From the IMG/VR virus record IMGVR_UViG_3300023174_000057, positions 64,001-128,000 of that record: a DNA stretch of 64,000 bases. One strand, given 5' to 3'. This stretch comes from a virus. The notes under the pieces are model-generated. The model searched no databases. It was not told the DNA's origin and worked only from the letters and a program-made list of their open reading frames with translations. This document shows, piece after piece, positions 1 to 7,753 of the stretch; the stretch's first letter is position 1; each line of letters opens with the position of its first letter. A program made the position numbers and the translations under genes.

Positions 1-1
1 T

Positions 2-310
2 TGGTGCATCCCCAAGACCGACGCGGTGATCTCGACCCTGCGAGCGGGTCTGGGCAAAGACGTGCTGGAGTTCTTGGCCCGGTTCTGCACCAACACCGTG
101 TACATGGTGTACGACAACGACGAGACGGGACGCAAAGCCACCCACGGCTGGAAAGACCCCGCCACGGGGAAGTACCGCCCCGGCGCTCTCGACCTCCTCA
201 AGCGGTCGGGCGTCCGTGCCGTGGACTACCGCTACCGGGGGAAGGACCCCGGCGAGGTGTGGCGGGCCGGGGGACTTGCCAAGTTACGGGAGACGTTCAC
301 CGGGCTATAG
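2..310 (+). CDS. DNA primase, C-terminal part of Toprim domain (5' truncated by window)
   Basis: Frame open from base 2; VYMVYDNDETGRKA (DxD motif) and GKDPGE motif typical of DnaG-type Toprim. Confidence 0.7.
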   Translation, partial: WCIPKTDAVISTLRAGLGKDVLEFLARFCTNTVYMVYDNDETGRKATHGWKDPATGKYRPGALDLLKRSGVRAVDYRYRGKDPGEVWRAGGLAKLRETFTGL

Positions 311-336
311 GCAAGGCAGGGATGAGGTCTACCACC

Positions 337-792
337 ATGTCCAACGATCTTCGTTCCAAGGTTATCCGTCTGGCACACCAGAACCCGGCCCTTCGCCCAC
401 ACCTTCTGCCCCTCCTCAAGGGTGGTAACAAGGTCGCATCCGCCGAGAGCGACTTCATCGACGGGTACATCGAAGGTCTGTTGCATACGTCCGACGACGA
501 GGATGGTCGGCCTCTCAACCGCAGCTACAACGCCCGTGACCTTGACTCTGCATCTCTCCACAACATTCAGCAGCGGTGTCGGAAGTTCCTGTCCATGCCG
601 GGTGTCGAGGAACTGATTGATGGTCGCGAGGAAGAAGCCGGGACAGACTTCTGGCTCACTCACAACGGCCACGGGGCTGGGTTCTGGGACGGGGATTGGG
701 AGGATGACGCCGGGAAGATCCTCACGGCTGCTTCCAAGAAGTTTTCCGAGAGCTACGTCTACGTTGAAGACGGATCAGTCTTCGTAGACTGA
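337..792 (+). CDS. Phage protein with N-terminal LRSKVIRLAHQNPALRPHLLPLL tag and DFWLTHNGHGAGFWD motif
   Basis: ORF; alternative in-frame ATG at 322; shared leader; GxDFWLTxNGHGxGFWD motif recalled from phage hypothetical proteins. Confidence 0.75.
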   Translation: MSNDLRSKVIRLAHQNPALRPHLLPLLKGGNKVASAESDFIDGYIEGLLHTSDDEDGRPLNRSYNARDLDSASLHNIQQRCRKFLSMPGVEELIDGREEEAGTDFWLTHNGHGAGFWDGDWEDDAGKILTAASKKFSESYVYVEDGSVFVD

Positions 793-816
793 CACTCTGC
801 GGGCGTAATAGCCCGC

Positions 817-1290
817 ATGAGCCCCGAAGCTATCGTCATCGCCATCCTCGCCCTGTTCCCCCACATGAGCGGGAACAACCGCCGCTGCATCGAGACGCAG
901 CAAGACCGCATCGTCCAACAGCTTCGTGAGGTATCCCAGCCCTACGAGCCCGGTGCGCCTGTCCCCCCGGTGGAGCTCACCGCTGCCGTTGCCTTCGCGG
1001 AGACGCACCTTGGGTGCGACATCCACGAAGGGGGCAACTGGGGTGCGCCCATCGACCCGCAGCACCGTCACACCGCCGGGACGCATATGCACGCCGTTCG
1101 TGCCCTCTCCCGCGGCTACCAGCAGTGCGGGGATTGGGACGGGGCCATCATGCGGTTCCGCACCGGGCTGTGTAACCCCCGGCGCAGCCCGTCGGAGCGG
1201 GTCCGCCAGCAGGGGGCGCACTACCTACGGGTGATCCACCGCATCGTGGAGCGGGTTCGTCGGCACGCCGAAGAAGTACACGGCGAATGA
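817..1290 (+). CDS. Possible lytic transglycosylase/lysozyme-fold protein with hydrophobic N-terminus
   Basis: AAVAFAET (candidate catalytic Glu after a helix); C-terminal AIMRFRTG...YLRVI resembles SLT motif III; preceded by GGGCGTAA motif. Confidence 0.4.
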   Translation: MSPEAIVIAILALFPHMSGNNRRCIETQQDRIVQQLREVSQPYEPGAPVPPVELTAAVAFAETHLGCDIHEGGNWGAPIDPQHRHTAGTHMHAVRALSRGYQQCGDWDGAIMRFRTGLCNPRRSPSERVRQQGAHYLRVIHRIVERVRRHAEEVHGE

Positions 1291-1317
1291 TCTGTGAGGA
1301 GAGCGATTGGGAGCCGA

Positions 1318-1476
1318 ATGAAGACGCTTGGCTCCGCCCCCTTCGTGGTGGGCGGGTGGTACGGCTTCGATTCAAGGGCGGGTACCGCCGCCCGTTCGGT
1401 TGGGAACATCCCCTCTGGGCGGGGGAGCGATCTCGGTTTTCGGTGCTCTCTGCCCGCCCGTCCGCCACGGGCGTAA
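1318..1476 (+). CDS. Diverged FGE/CLec variable-region mini-protein (copy 0)
   Basis: GGGAG SD; VVGGW...AARS...PSGRGSDLGFRC matches the downstream cassettes. Confidence 0.6.
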   Translation: MKTLGSAPFVVGGWYGFDSRAGTAARSVGNIPSGRGSDLGFRCSLPARPPRA

Positions 1477-1484
1477 GTACCCGT

Positions 1485-1667
1485 ATGAACCCCCCTACCA
1501 AGCCCAAGCCCACGGACACCCGTTACCTCGTCGTTAGCGGCGGCGGTTGGGACAGCTTCGTTCCGTCTTGGGTGCCCGTCGCGTCTCGCGGCTCGAACGT
1601 GCCTGCGAACCGTTACTTCAGCTTGGGGTTTCGGTGCGCGTTGCGGGGAAGGGAACCCCGAGTATGA
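1485..1667 (+). CDS. DGR-VR-like FGE/CLec mini-protein cassette 1 (60 aa)
   Basis: MNPPTKPKPTDTRYLVVSGGGWDSFVPSWVPVASRGSNVPANRYFSLGFRCALRGREPRV. Confidence 0.8.
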   Translation: MNPPTKPKPTDTRYLVVSGGGWDSFVPSWVPVASRGSNVPANRYFSLGFRCALRGREPRV

Positions 1668-1834
1668 ACCCCCCCACCACCAAGCCCACCGACACCGTCT
1701 TTCGCGGCGGCTGTTGGAACTTCAGCGGACCGTCGTGGGTGCGCGCCGCGTCTCGCAACGCGCTCGTGCCTGCTTACCGTGGCAGCGCCTTGGGGTTTCG
1801 GTGCGCGTTGCGGGGAAGGGAACCCCGAACGTGA
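1664..1834 (+). CDS. DGR-VR-like mini-protein cassette 2 (56 aa)
   Basis: ATGA overlap with cassette 1; VFRGGCWNFSGPSWVRAASRNALVPAYRGSALGFRCA. Confidence 0.8.
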   Translation: MNPPTTKPTDTVFRGGCWNFSGPSWVRAASRNALVPAYRGSALGFRCALRGREPRT

Positions 1835-2004
1835 AGCCCACCACCAAGCCCACCGCCGACACCCGTTACCTCGTCATCCGCGGCGGCAGTTGGAACATCC
1901 CGTGGTGGGTGAGCGCCGCGTCTCGCGGCACGCGCGTGCCTGCGTTCCGTGTCTACCTCATCGGGTTTCGGTGCGCGTTGCGGGGAAGGGAACCCCGAGT
2001 ATGA
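1831..2004 (+). CDS. DGR-VR-like mini-protein cassette 3 (57 aa)
   Basis: GTGA overlap; VIRGGSWNIPWWVSAASRGTRVPAFRVYLIGFRCA. Confidence 0.8.
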   Translation: MKPTTKPTADTRYLVIRGGSWNIPWWVSAASRGTRVPAFRVYLIGFRCALRGREPRV

Positions 2005-2180
2005 ACCCCCCCACCACCAAGCCCTCCGACACCCTCCTCCGCGTCTTTCGAGGCGGCAGTTGGCTCCACAGCGTACCGTCGAGGGGGCGCGCCGCGTCTC
2101 GCGACACGGACGTGCCTGCGTACCGTCTCAACTACCTCGGTTTTCGGTGCGCCCTTCGGGGAAGGGAACCCCGAGTATGA
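2001..2180 (+). CDS. DGR-VR-like mini-protein cassette 4 (59 aa)
   Basis: ATGA overlap; RVFRGGSWLHSVPSRGRAASRDTDVPAYRLNYLGFRCA. Confidence 0.8.
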   Translation: MNPPTTKPSDTLLRVFRGGSWLHSVPSRGRAASRDTDVPAYRLNYLGFRCALRGREPRV

Positions 2181-2353
2181 ACCCTCCTACCAAGCCCTCC
2201 GACACCCGTCTCCGCGTCTACCGCGGCGGCGGTTGGAGCTTCAACGTGCCGTCGTGGGTGCGCGCCGCGTCTCGCAACGCGAACGGGCCTGCGTACCGTG
2301 GCAGCTTCATCGGGTTCCGGTGCGCGTTGCGGGCGAGGGAACCCCGAGTATGA
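2177..2353 (+). CDS. DGR-VR-like mini-protein cassette 5 (58 aa)
   Basis: ATGA overlap; RVYRGGGWSFNVPSWVRAASRNANGPAYRGSFIGFRCA. Confidence 0.8.
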   Translation: MNPPTKPSDTRLRVYRGGGWSFNVPSWVRAASRNANGPAYRGSFIGFRCALRAREPRV

Positions 2354-2556
2354 AGCCCCCTACCAAGCCCAAGCCCAAGCCCAAGCCCAAGCCCAAGCCC
2401 ACGGACACCCGTCTCCGCGTCTTCCGCGGCGGCAGTTGGATCAGCGACGTACCGTCGTGGGTGCGCGCCGCGTCTCGCAACGCGGACGAGCCTGCGTACC
2501 GTAACATCAACTTGGGGTTTCGGTGCGCGCTGCGGGGAAGGGAACCACGGGCGTAA
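2350..2556 (+). CDS. DGR-VR-like mini-protein cassette 6 (68 aa) with (AAGCCC)6 Lys-Pro microsatellite
   Basis: ATGA overlap; RVFRGGSWISDVPSWVRAASRNADEPAYRNINLGFRCA. Confidence 0.8.
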   Translation: MKPPTKPKPKPKPKPKPTDTRLRVFRGGSWISDVPSWVRAASRNADEPAYRNINLGFRCALRGREPRA

Positions 2557-2564
2557 GTACCTAT

Positions 2565-2984
2565 ATGGACGACGACACACTCAAGCAGTTCCTCCGATGG
2601 CGCGGTGTCCGCAACCCATGCCCCAAGTGCAGTGGTCGCGGCTGCTACCCGTACAGCAGCGGGGCGACGTGGCGGGGAGGGATGGGCACGGCGTCGATGG
2701 CTTGGGACGTGTGCGACGTGTGCTGGGGCACGGGCGACGAGCACCGTCACGGCGTGGACCTCCGCAAGCAGCGGGACGAGTTCAACGCCACCGTGGCCTT
2801 GGAAGCCGGGAAGCACCTTTCCCTAGCCGTGGGCGGTATCACCGTAACGCGCCCTGCCATCGAGGCCATCGCGGACGAACTGGACCGCCTTGCACGGGGC
2901 CGGAAGGACCGCCCCCGGCACTTTTACACGTTGGTGGGCTACCTCGCGGACAAGGTGCGGGACATGGCGAAGGTGCCGACGTGA
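2565..2984 (+). CDS. DnaJ-type zinc-finger protein
   Basis: CPKCSGRG and CDVCWGTG (CxxCxGxG twice); ATG 8 nt after GGGCGTAA. Confidence 0.65.
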   Translation: MDDDTLKQFLRWRGVRNPCPKCSGRGCYPYSSGATWRGGMGTASMAWDVCDVCWGTGDEHRHGVDLRKQRDEFNATVALEAGKHLSLAVGGITVTRPAIEAIADELDRLARGRKDRPRHFYTLVGYLADKVRDMAKVPT

Positions 2985-3199
2985 GCGAGCCCCGGTACGA
3001 GTATGTGAACGTTGGGGTCTCGACGGGCCACCGTTGCGATTTCTGCGGAGAAGAGATACGGGACCCAAGTTGGGGTCTGCGCCGCGTGTGCAGCCTCCCC
3101 CCGGAGCACAAGGGGCACCCGTTGGGGCCGTGCCCCATGACGTGCGTGCAGACGTATGCGTGCCGCTCTTGTGCGCTGGCGGCGGGAAAGCATCCCTAG
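2981..3199 (+). CDS. Small Cys-rich hypothetical protein
   Basis: GTGA overlap; CDFC...CRSC. Confidence 0.55.
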   Translation: MSEPRYEYVNVGVSTGHRCDFCGEEIRDPSWGLRRVCSLPPEHKGHPLGPCPMTCVQTYACRSCALAAGKHP

Positions 3200-3201
3200 T
3201 C

Positions 3202-3414
3202 GTGAACGGCGACAACGAAGCGGCCTACCGCGCCGAGATCGCGGGTGCCCGGAAGGCCCTCGCCGCCGTGGTCGCGATGCTGGAGTCCTGCAACGACCGT
3301 ATCGTGCCCATCGGGTGGGACAGGACGGCATGGGAAGGTTTCTGCCTTCACCGCTACAATGCGGCTGACGACGTGCGGGCGATGAAGCCCGAGGACATTC
3401 TGACGGAACGCTGA
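3202..3414 (+). CDS. Hypothetical protein
   Basis: Fills the gap between flanking genes; GTG start. Confidence 0.5.
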   Translation: MNGDNEAAYRAEIAGARKALAAVVAMLESCNDRIVPIGWDRTAWEGFCLHRYNAADDVRAMKPEDILTER

Positions 3415-3428
3415 AAGGACAGACGACG

Positions 3429-3917
3429 ATGGCAACGGATACATGGGAAGCTGGCAAGGACGTGTGGGAGCTCGTGCAGCACCACATCTCTCACAATCAC
3501 CCCAACCTCGCGCTGGTGGACAAGGAGATCGCCGTGATCTTCCGGGGCAAGGCTAGCAAGTCGGGCGGGCAGGTGGTGCTGGGCAAGTCCCGCAAGGCCA
3601 GCGCCCTGTTCAAGGTGCTGGGCAAGGCGGACTACAAGTTCATCTTGGAGATCGCCGGGGACGAGTGGGGCAAGCTGGGCAACGAGCAGCGCAGCGCCCT
3701 GATCGACCACCTCCTGTGCGCGTGCAAGGTGGAGGAGGACGAGAAGACGGGCGACCTCAAGTTCTCTATCGCCTCGCCCGAGGTGAGCTTCTTCTGGGAC
3801 GAGCTCAAGCGCCACGGTGATTGGCGTCCGCGCCCGCAGCAGGAAGCGGGCGACAGCACCAACGTCGAAGGGGTGCTGGGCATGATGGGCGGGGACAAGG
3901 CCGACGACGAAGCCTAG
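3429..3917 (+). CDS. Putative phage metallopeptidase-family protein with degenerate HExxH
   Basis: VVLGKSRK...DYKFILEIAGDEWGKLGNEQRSALIDHLLCAC pattern; AAGGA SD. Confidence 0.65.
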   Translation: MATDTWEAGKDVWELVQHHISHNHPNLALVDKEIAVIFRGKASKSGGQVVLGKSRKASALFKVLGKADYKFILEIAGDEWGKLGNEQRSALIDHLLCACKVEEDEKTGDLKFSIASPEVSFFWDELKRHGDWRPRPQQEAGDSTNVEGVLGMMGGDKADDEA

Positions 3918-3924
3918 CCCCCCC

Positions 3925-3966
3925 CGGTAGGGCACCTATCCCCCACCGGGGGTAGGAGCCCTACCG
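3925..3966 (+). promoter_or_regulatory. Hairpin containing the CTATC-N10-GGTAGG late-promoter-like motif and overlapping the start codon
   Basis: CGGTAGGGC/GCCCTACCG perfect arms; inner CCTATCCCC/GGGGGTAGG. Confidence 0.55.
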
Positions 3967-4472
3967 TGACGTCTCTCCGTTCCAGCGTCATCCGCCTCGC
4001 CCACGCACAACCGGCCCTGCGCCCGCACCTCCTACCCCTCCTCAAGACGGCAGACGACGACGGCGACTACACCGACGAGGAGTACGCCTTCCTCCTGTGG
4101 ACGCGGAAGTACGAGCGCCGACAAGAGGCCGTGCTTCGCAAGTGGGAGGACAAGTACGAGCGGGAACTGAACGCCGTGGGTGACGGGTTGATCGCTGACC
4201 TCGAAGCCCTCAAGGCGCTGGTGCGCTTCTGGTTCTGGCAGCGCAAGGGCAACTACCGGGACACCCCCGGCGAGGAGGCCCCCAACTTCAAGGGGGCCGT
4301 GGACGCGATGTTCCACCGCCGCCGCAAGGCCCTTGTGGAAGTGAAGGACATCACGGATCGCATGGTCGCACGGGTCGCGGCGATCTCGGGTTCCGCCCTC
4401 TTTGGGGACGACTTCCTTGATGACCTGAACCGATTGGTGTCCGAGTACGAGCGGGAGTTCCAATCCCGGTAG
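3966..4472 (+). CDS. Hypothetical protein with N-terminal LRSSVIRLAHAQPALRPHLLPLLKTA tag
   Basis: Shared leader peptide; AGGAG SD. Confidence 0.75.
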   Translation: MTSLRSSVIRLAHAQPALRPHLLPLLKTADDDGDYTDEEYAFLLWTRKYERRQEAVLRKWEDKYERELNAVGDGLIADLEALKALVRFWFWQRKGNYRDTPGEEAPNFKGAVDAMFHRRRKALVEVKDITDRMVARVAAISGSALFGDDFLDDLNRLVSEYEREFQSR

Positions 4473-4481
4473 CGTCTGCCC

Positions 4482-4787
4482 GTGCCCCCTCCCACCGTCT
4501 ACTTCGTCCAGTCTGACTTCCCCGACGGCCCGGTGAAGATCGGGTACACGGGAAGGAGGGTGCGGCAACGGTTGGCTGAAGGCCAGACCTTCGCCCACCA
4601 AGAACTCACCCTGTTGGCCGAGACCTACGGCACGATGGCCGACGAGGCCAAGCTACACCGTCTGTTCGCCCACCAGCGGGTGCGGGGGGAGTGGTTCCGC
4701 TACGAGGGGGGGCTCCAAGAGCTCGTCATGATGCTCGCCCTTGAGGAAGGCACGCTCCAAGCGTGGCTGGACGCGCACGACCTGTGA
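4482..4787 (+). CDS. GIY-YIG superfamily T5orf172/MUG113-type protein
   Basis: VYFVQ...VKIGYT...RL...EAKLHRLFAHQRVRGEWF. Confidence 0.85.
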   Translation: MPPPTVYFVQSDFPDGPVKIGYTGRRVRQRLAEGQTFAHQELTLLAETYGTMADEAKLHRLFAHQRVRGEWFRYEGGLQELVMMLALEEGTLQAWLDAHDL

Positions 4788-4818
4788 CGCGGTATCCCGT
4801 CTCTACGGAGCGCCCTGT

Positions 4819-5112
4819 GTGAGCAAGGTCATCAACACCGCCGGGATGACCCCCTTTGAGGTGGTCGTTGACGGCACGGTCCCGGCCACCACCCGGTTCG
4901 TGCGTGCCCTCATCCGCACCAATGCCAAAGTCGGCAACTCGCAGACGCACGCCAAGAGCCAGATGAAGTTCTTGGTGTGGATCGCCCCCACGATGATCGC
5001 CACCTTTGAGGCGTTCTGCGTCCCGCTTTCCTTCCAGTTCGTGAGCGCCACCGTGATCCGTCCCGATGGCACTCTCGACCCTGCGAAGGCCGGGGCGGGC
5101 AAGCCCCGCTAG
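4819..5112 (+). CDS. Hypothetical protein
   Basis: GGAG SD then GTG; coding-like codon usage. Confidence 0.55.
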   Translation: MSKVINTAGMTPFEVVVDGTVPATTRFVRALIRTNAKVGNSQTHAKSQMKFLVWIAPTMIATFEAFCVPLSFQFVSATVIRPDGTLDPAKAGAGKPR

Positions 5113-5113
5113 C

Positions 5114-5431
5114 TCACCCGATCATCTCCCCGACCCGGGCGGCGAGCGCGGCGACGTGCTTGCACGCGACCTTGCGCTGCGTGCAGTCCGGGCAGGTGCA
5201 GTGGAACCCTCGCCGGGGGCCGAGGGTGATTCGGGTGGCGTACTTGCCACCCTCGCCCGTGCGGGCGGTGACCCCGTTGAGGGTCGCGCCGTTGAGGGAG
5301 AGCTTCACGCTCTCCACCGTGACGGTCGCCGCCCGGACGGCGCGGGCGGGGTCGGTCACGCCCGCGAGAGCGCGGAGGGCGGCGGACACGGTGGAGGCGG
5401 CGGGGGCGACGGCGGTGGTCATCGTGTTCAT
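5114..5431 (-). CDS. SWIM zinc-finger protein
   Basis: FHCTCPDCTQRKVACKHVAAL (CxC...CxH). Confidence 0.8.
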   Translation of the reverse strand: MNTMTTAVAPAASTVSAALRALAGVTDPARAVRAATVTVESVKLSLNGATLNGVTARTGEGGKYATRITLGPRRGFHCTCPDCTQRKVACKHVAALAARVGEMIG

Positions 5432-5501
5432 AAACCCACCACGGAGCACCCCCCGTCCCTGTAACCGAGAATCGACATGGGGCCATAGGTAGGGTGGCGG
5501 C

Positions 5502-7334
5502 ATGACTCGACCCGTGACTGCCCTCTTCCAGCCCACCGTCATCCTCCTTGCAGAAATGTCTCTCGTCCCTCAAGGTCTCGATGACCTCGTGGAGTGGGTC
5601 GGGGACTACCGCCCGGAGTGCCTCCCCGGTGAGAGCCCCACGGGCATGGACCTGTTCCCCCACGGTGGTGCGCGCGACGACGGGGGTGTGCTCACGGGCA
5701 ATGAGCTCTTGGTCGAGCTCGCGGGCCGAAATTGTTATGACAAGGAGACCGAGGTACTCACGGAAACTGGGTGGGTGAAGTTCCCGGACCTCCCCCAAGG
5801 TGTGCCCATCGCCACGTACAACCAAGGTACCGGGATGGTCGAGTATCAAGTACCGACGGACTACATCCAGAAGAAGTACACCGGGGCGATGTATCGGGTG
5901 GATTCCCGGTCAGTCTCTCTTCGTGTGACCGAAGACCATGACATCTGGCATGGGGATCGGAGCCGCTGGTGGAGCTTCTCACCGGCTCGCGAGGTGGCTG
6001 GCCATTCCTACAGGCTCCTCCGTACGGCACCCTATGCAGGGGATGGGTTCGTGGAGCCCTTCTGGGAGGTTCCCACTGACAAGTCTCTGGCATGGGCTAC
6101 GTTTCTCGGGTATCTCGTGACCGAGGGTTATGTGTTCGACGGGCGCGGGAGGGGCACTGGATCAAGGGTCACTCTTTTCCAGAAGCCTGCGAAGGCAGGT
6201 CCCATTCTCGCGTGTCTGGCAGAACTGGGTTTCACCCCCCGTGTCCAGACCGATGCGCGGAATGGTGTTCTCCAGATCACTGTGGGGAACACCAAACTCG
6301 CACAGGCACTCCTCCCTTGGGCGGGGGTGCCGTCTCATCACAAGCGTCTCCCCAACCATGTTTTCAACTGGCCGATGGGTGTTCGGGCTGCGCTGGTCAA
6401 CGCCATGATGGCTGGTGATGGGACCGTCACCAATGGGCACCGGGTCTTCTACACGTCTTCACCGGGGCTCGCTGAAGACATGCAGCGCCTCATCACTCTC
6501 TCCGGGAAACCGGGGTCTCTGCACAACGTCCAGAGGGTGCAACGGGAGACCGGGTTCTCGTCGCGTCACCCGAGCTACACTGTTCGGGAGTGTGGACGGA
6601 ACGAAGTCACCATCAACAAGCACGGTGTGGCCCATGACGGGTGGGAGGAGACATCAGATGAGGATGTCTACTGCGTGACGGTGCCCAATCGAACCCTTCT
6701 CGTCCGCCGTGACCGGAAGGTGGTGGTGTGTGCAAATTGCTACCACTCCTACGGGGCCAAGGCGGGCAAGAAGTCCAACGCCCAGTACATCGCCCACACC
6801 CAGAGCGGGGCCGTCCCGCACCGCTCGATCATGTACCACGCCAAGATGACCTTCTTCGTCGGCGGCATCTCTCGGCGGGTCAGTCACGAGCTCATCCGCC
6901 ACTACGTCGGCGCGGACAGGTCCGAGGAAGGTTCACCGTCGCAGGAGTCCACCCGGTACACTCACCACCCGGGGCACTTCGTCGTCCCCCCGAAGATGGC
7001 CGAGGACGGTAACGCCGTGGAGCAGTTCATGGCGTCGATGAGCTCCGCGTACACCGCGTACCACGAGTACATCGAGCGGGAGGTCGAAGCCTATCGTGCG
7101 GCATCGGGCGAGGAGCCCAAGGGGCTGTCCCGCAAGCGCATCTATGAGGCGGCGGCGGGGTTGCTCCCGATGCAAGCTGCCACGTCCCTCGTCTGGACGG
7201 CGAACCCGGTGAGCCTCGCGAAGATGTTTTTGGAGCGTACGGACGAGAGCTCCGACGCGGAGTTCCGGCGTCTCGCCCTGCACTGGCAGAAGTTGTGTGT
7301 CGCCCGGTGGCCCAATCTGTTTCCGAGGGCGTAA
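5502..7334 (+). CDS. thyX: Flavin-dependent thymidylate synthase ThyX with intein
   Basis: Splicing restores AGRN|CYHSY; HRSIMYH, ISRRVSHELIRH, SQESTRY motifs. Confidence 0.9.
   Translation: MTRPVTALFQPTVILLAEMSLVPQGLDDLVEWVGDYRPECLPGESPTGMDLFPHGGARDDGGVLTGNELLVELAGRNCYDKETEVLTETGWVKFPDLPQGVPIATYNQGTGMVEYQVPTDYIQKKYTGAMYRVDSRSVSLRVTEDHDIWHGDRSRWWSFSPAREVAGHSYRLLRTAPYAGDGFVEPFWEVPTDKSLAWATFLGYLVTEGYVFDGRGRGTGSRVTLFQKPAKAGPILACLAELGFTPRVQTDARNGVLQITVGNTKLAQALLPWAGVPSHHKRLPNHVFNWPMGVRAALVNAMMAGDGTVTNGHRVFYTSSPGLAEDMQRLITLSGKPGSLHNVQRVQRETGFSSRHPSYTVRECGRNEVTINKHGVAHDGWEETSDEDVYCVTVPNRTLLVRRDRKVVVCANCYHSYGAKAGKKSNAQYIAHTQSGAVPHRSIMYHAKMTFFVGGISRRVSHELIRHYVGADRSEEGSPSQESTRYTHHPGHFVVPPKMAEDGNAVEQFMASMSSAYTAYHEYIEREVEAYRAASGEEPKGLSRKRIYEAAAGLLPMQAATSLVWTANPVSLAKMFLERTDESSDAEFRRLALHWQKLCVARWPNLFPRA
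5733..6737 (+). mobile_element. Intein (335 aa) with LAGLIDADG homing endonuclease in ThyX
   Basis: CYDKETEVLT block A; VTEDH block B; LGYLVTEG and NAMMAGDG; VYCVTVPN...VVCAN|C end. Confidence 0.9.
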
Positions 7335-7340
7335 GGTAGC

Positions 7341-7383
7341 TCCGGTGCCGCAAGGCGTGGAGGTTCGACCCCTCTCGCTCGCA
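7341..7383 (+). pseudogene. 3' half of a class II (Leu-like) tRNA
   Basis: Variable arm GCC-GCAA-GGC, T arm GGAGG-TTCGACC-CCTCT, acceptor strand CGCTCGC-A; no D or anticodon arm upstream. Confidence 0.6.
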
Positions 7384-7395
7384 CTGGAGACGGCA

Positions 7396-7731
7396 ATGCA
7401 CACCCTGCTTCAAGGCTTCTATCACGTCGGGCGCGACCCTTTCCCCGAGCACCTCTGCACCCTCCCCAACTCTCGGGAGCCCGAGGTCATGGATTCTTCC
7501 GGCGACGCCTACCACGTCGTGGTTCTCGTAGATTGCAGGTTTTCCGTGCATGGTAGGATCGCCAAGATGAAGCCCTACACGGCCCGCGACGACGAAGACG
7601 GTTCGTTGCTATACGGGTGGGTAGACGCGAACGGCAACTTTTCGGACCACGGCGAGAAGTACATCCACGGCGACCATGAGAAGGTGGTCGCTTGGAAGCC
7701 GTGCCCTGCCGACTTCGACCTTCGAGTGTGA
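7396..7731 (+). CDS. Hypothetical protein (DUF551-like C-terminal VVAWKP)
   Basis: GGAG SD; ORF. Confidence 0.55.
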   Translation: MHTLLQGFYHVGRDPFPEHLCTLPNSREPEVMDSSGDAYHVVVLVDCRFSVHGRIAKMKPYTARDDEDGSLLYGWVDANGNFSDHGEKYIHGDHEKVVAWKPCPADFDLRV

Positions 7732-7753
7732 CCGAAAACTGAGGGAAAAGCAC

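Larger units (their letters stand above)
1485..2556 (+). repeat. Tandem array of six ~170-205 bp coding cassettes (DGR variable-region-like)
   Basis: Near-constant segments (GGCGGCnGTTGG, GCGTCTCGC, GGKTTYCGGTGCGC...GGGAACC) interspersed with hypervariable NNC codons. Confidence 0.95.

Noticed and set aside
1-336. N-terminal extension of the 1..792 ORF in the track
   Set aside because: Overlaps the primase frame; the real gene most likely starts at 322 or 337 with the shared tag.
1485-2556. CRISPR array interpretation of the repeats
   Set aside because: Units are ~175 bp open reading frames with variation scattered at codon positions 1-2, not unique spacers between short identical repeats; no cas genes seen.
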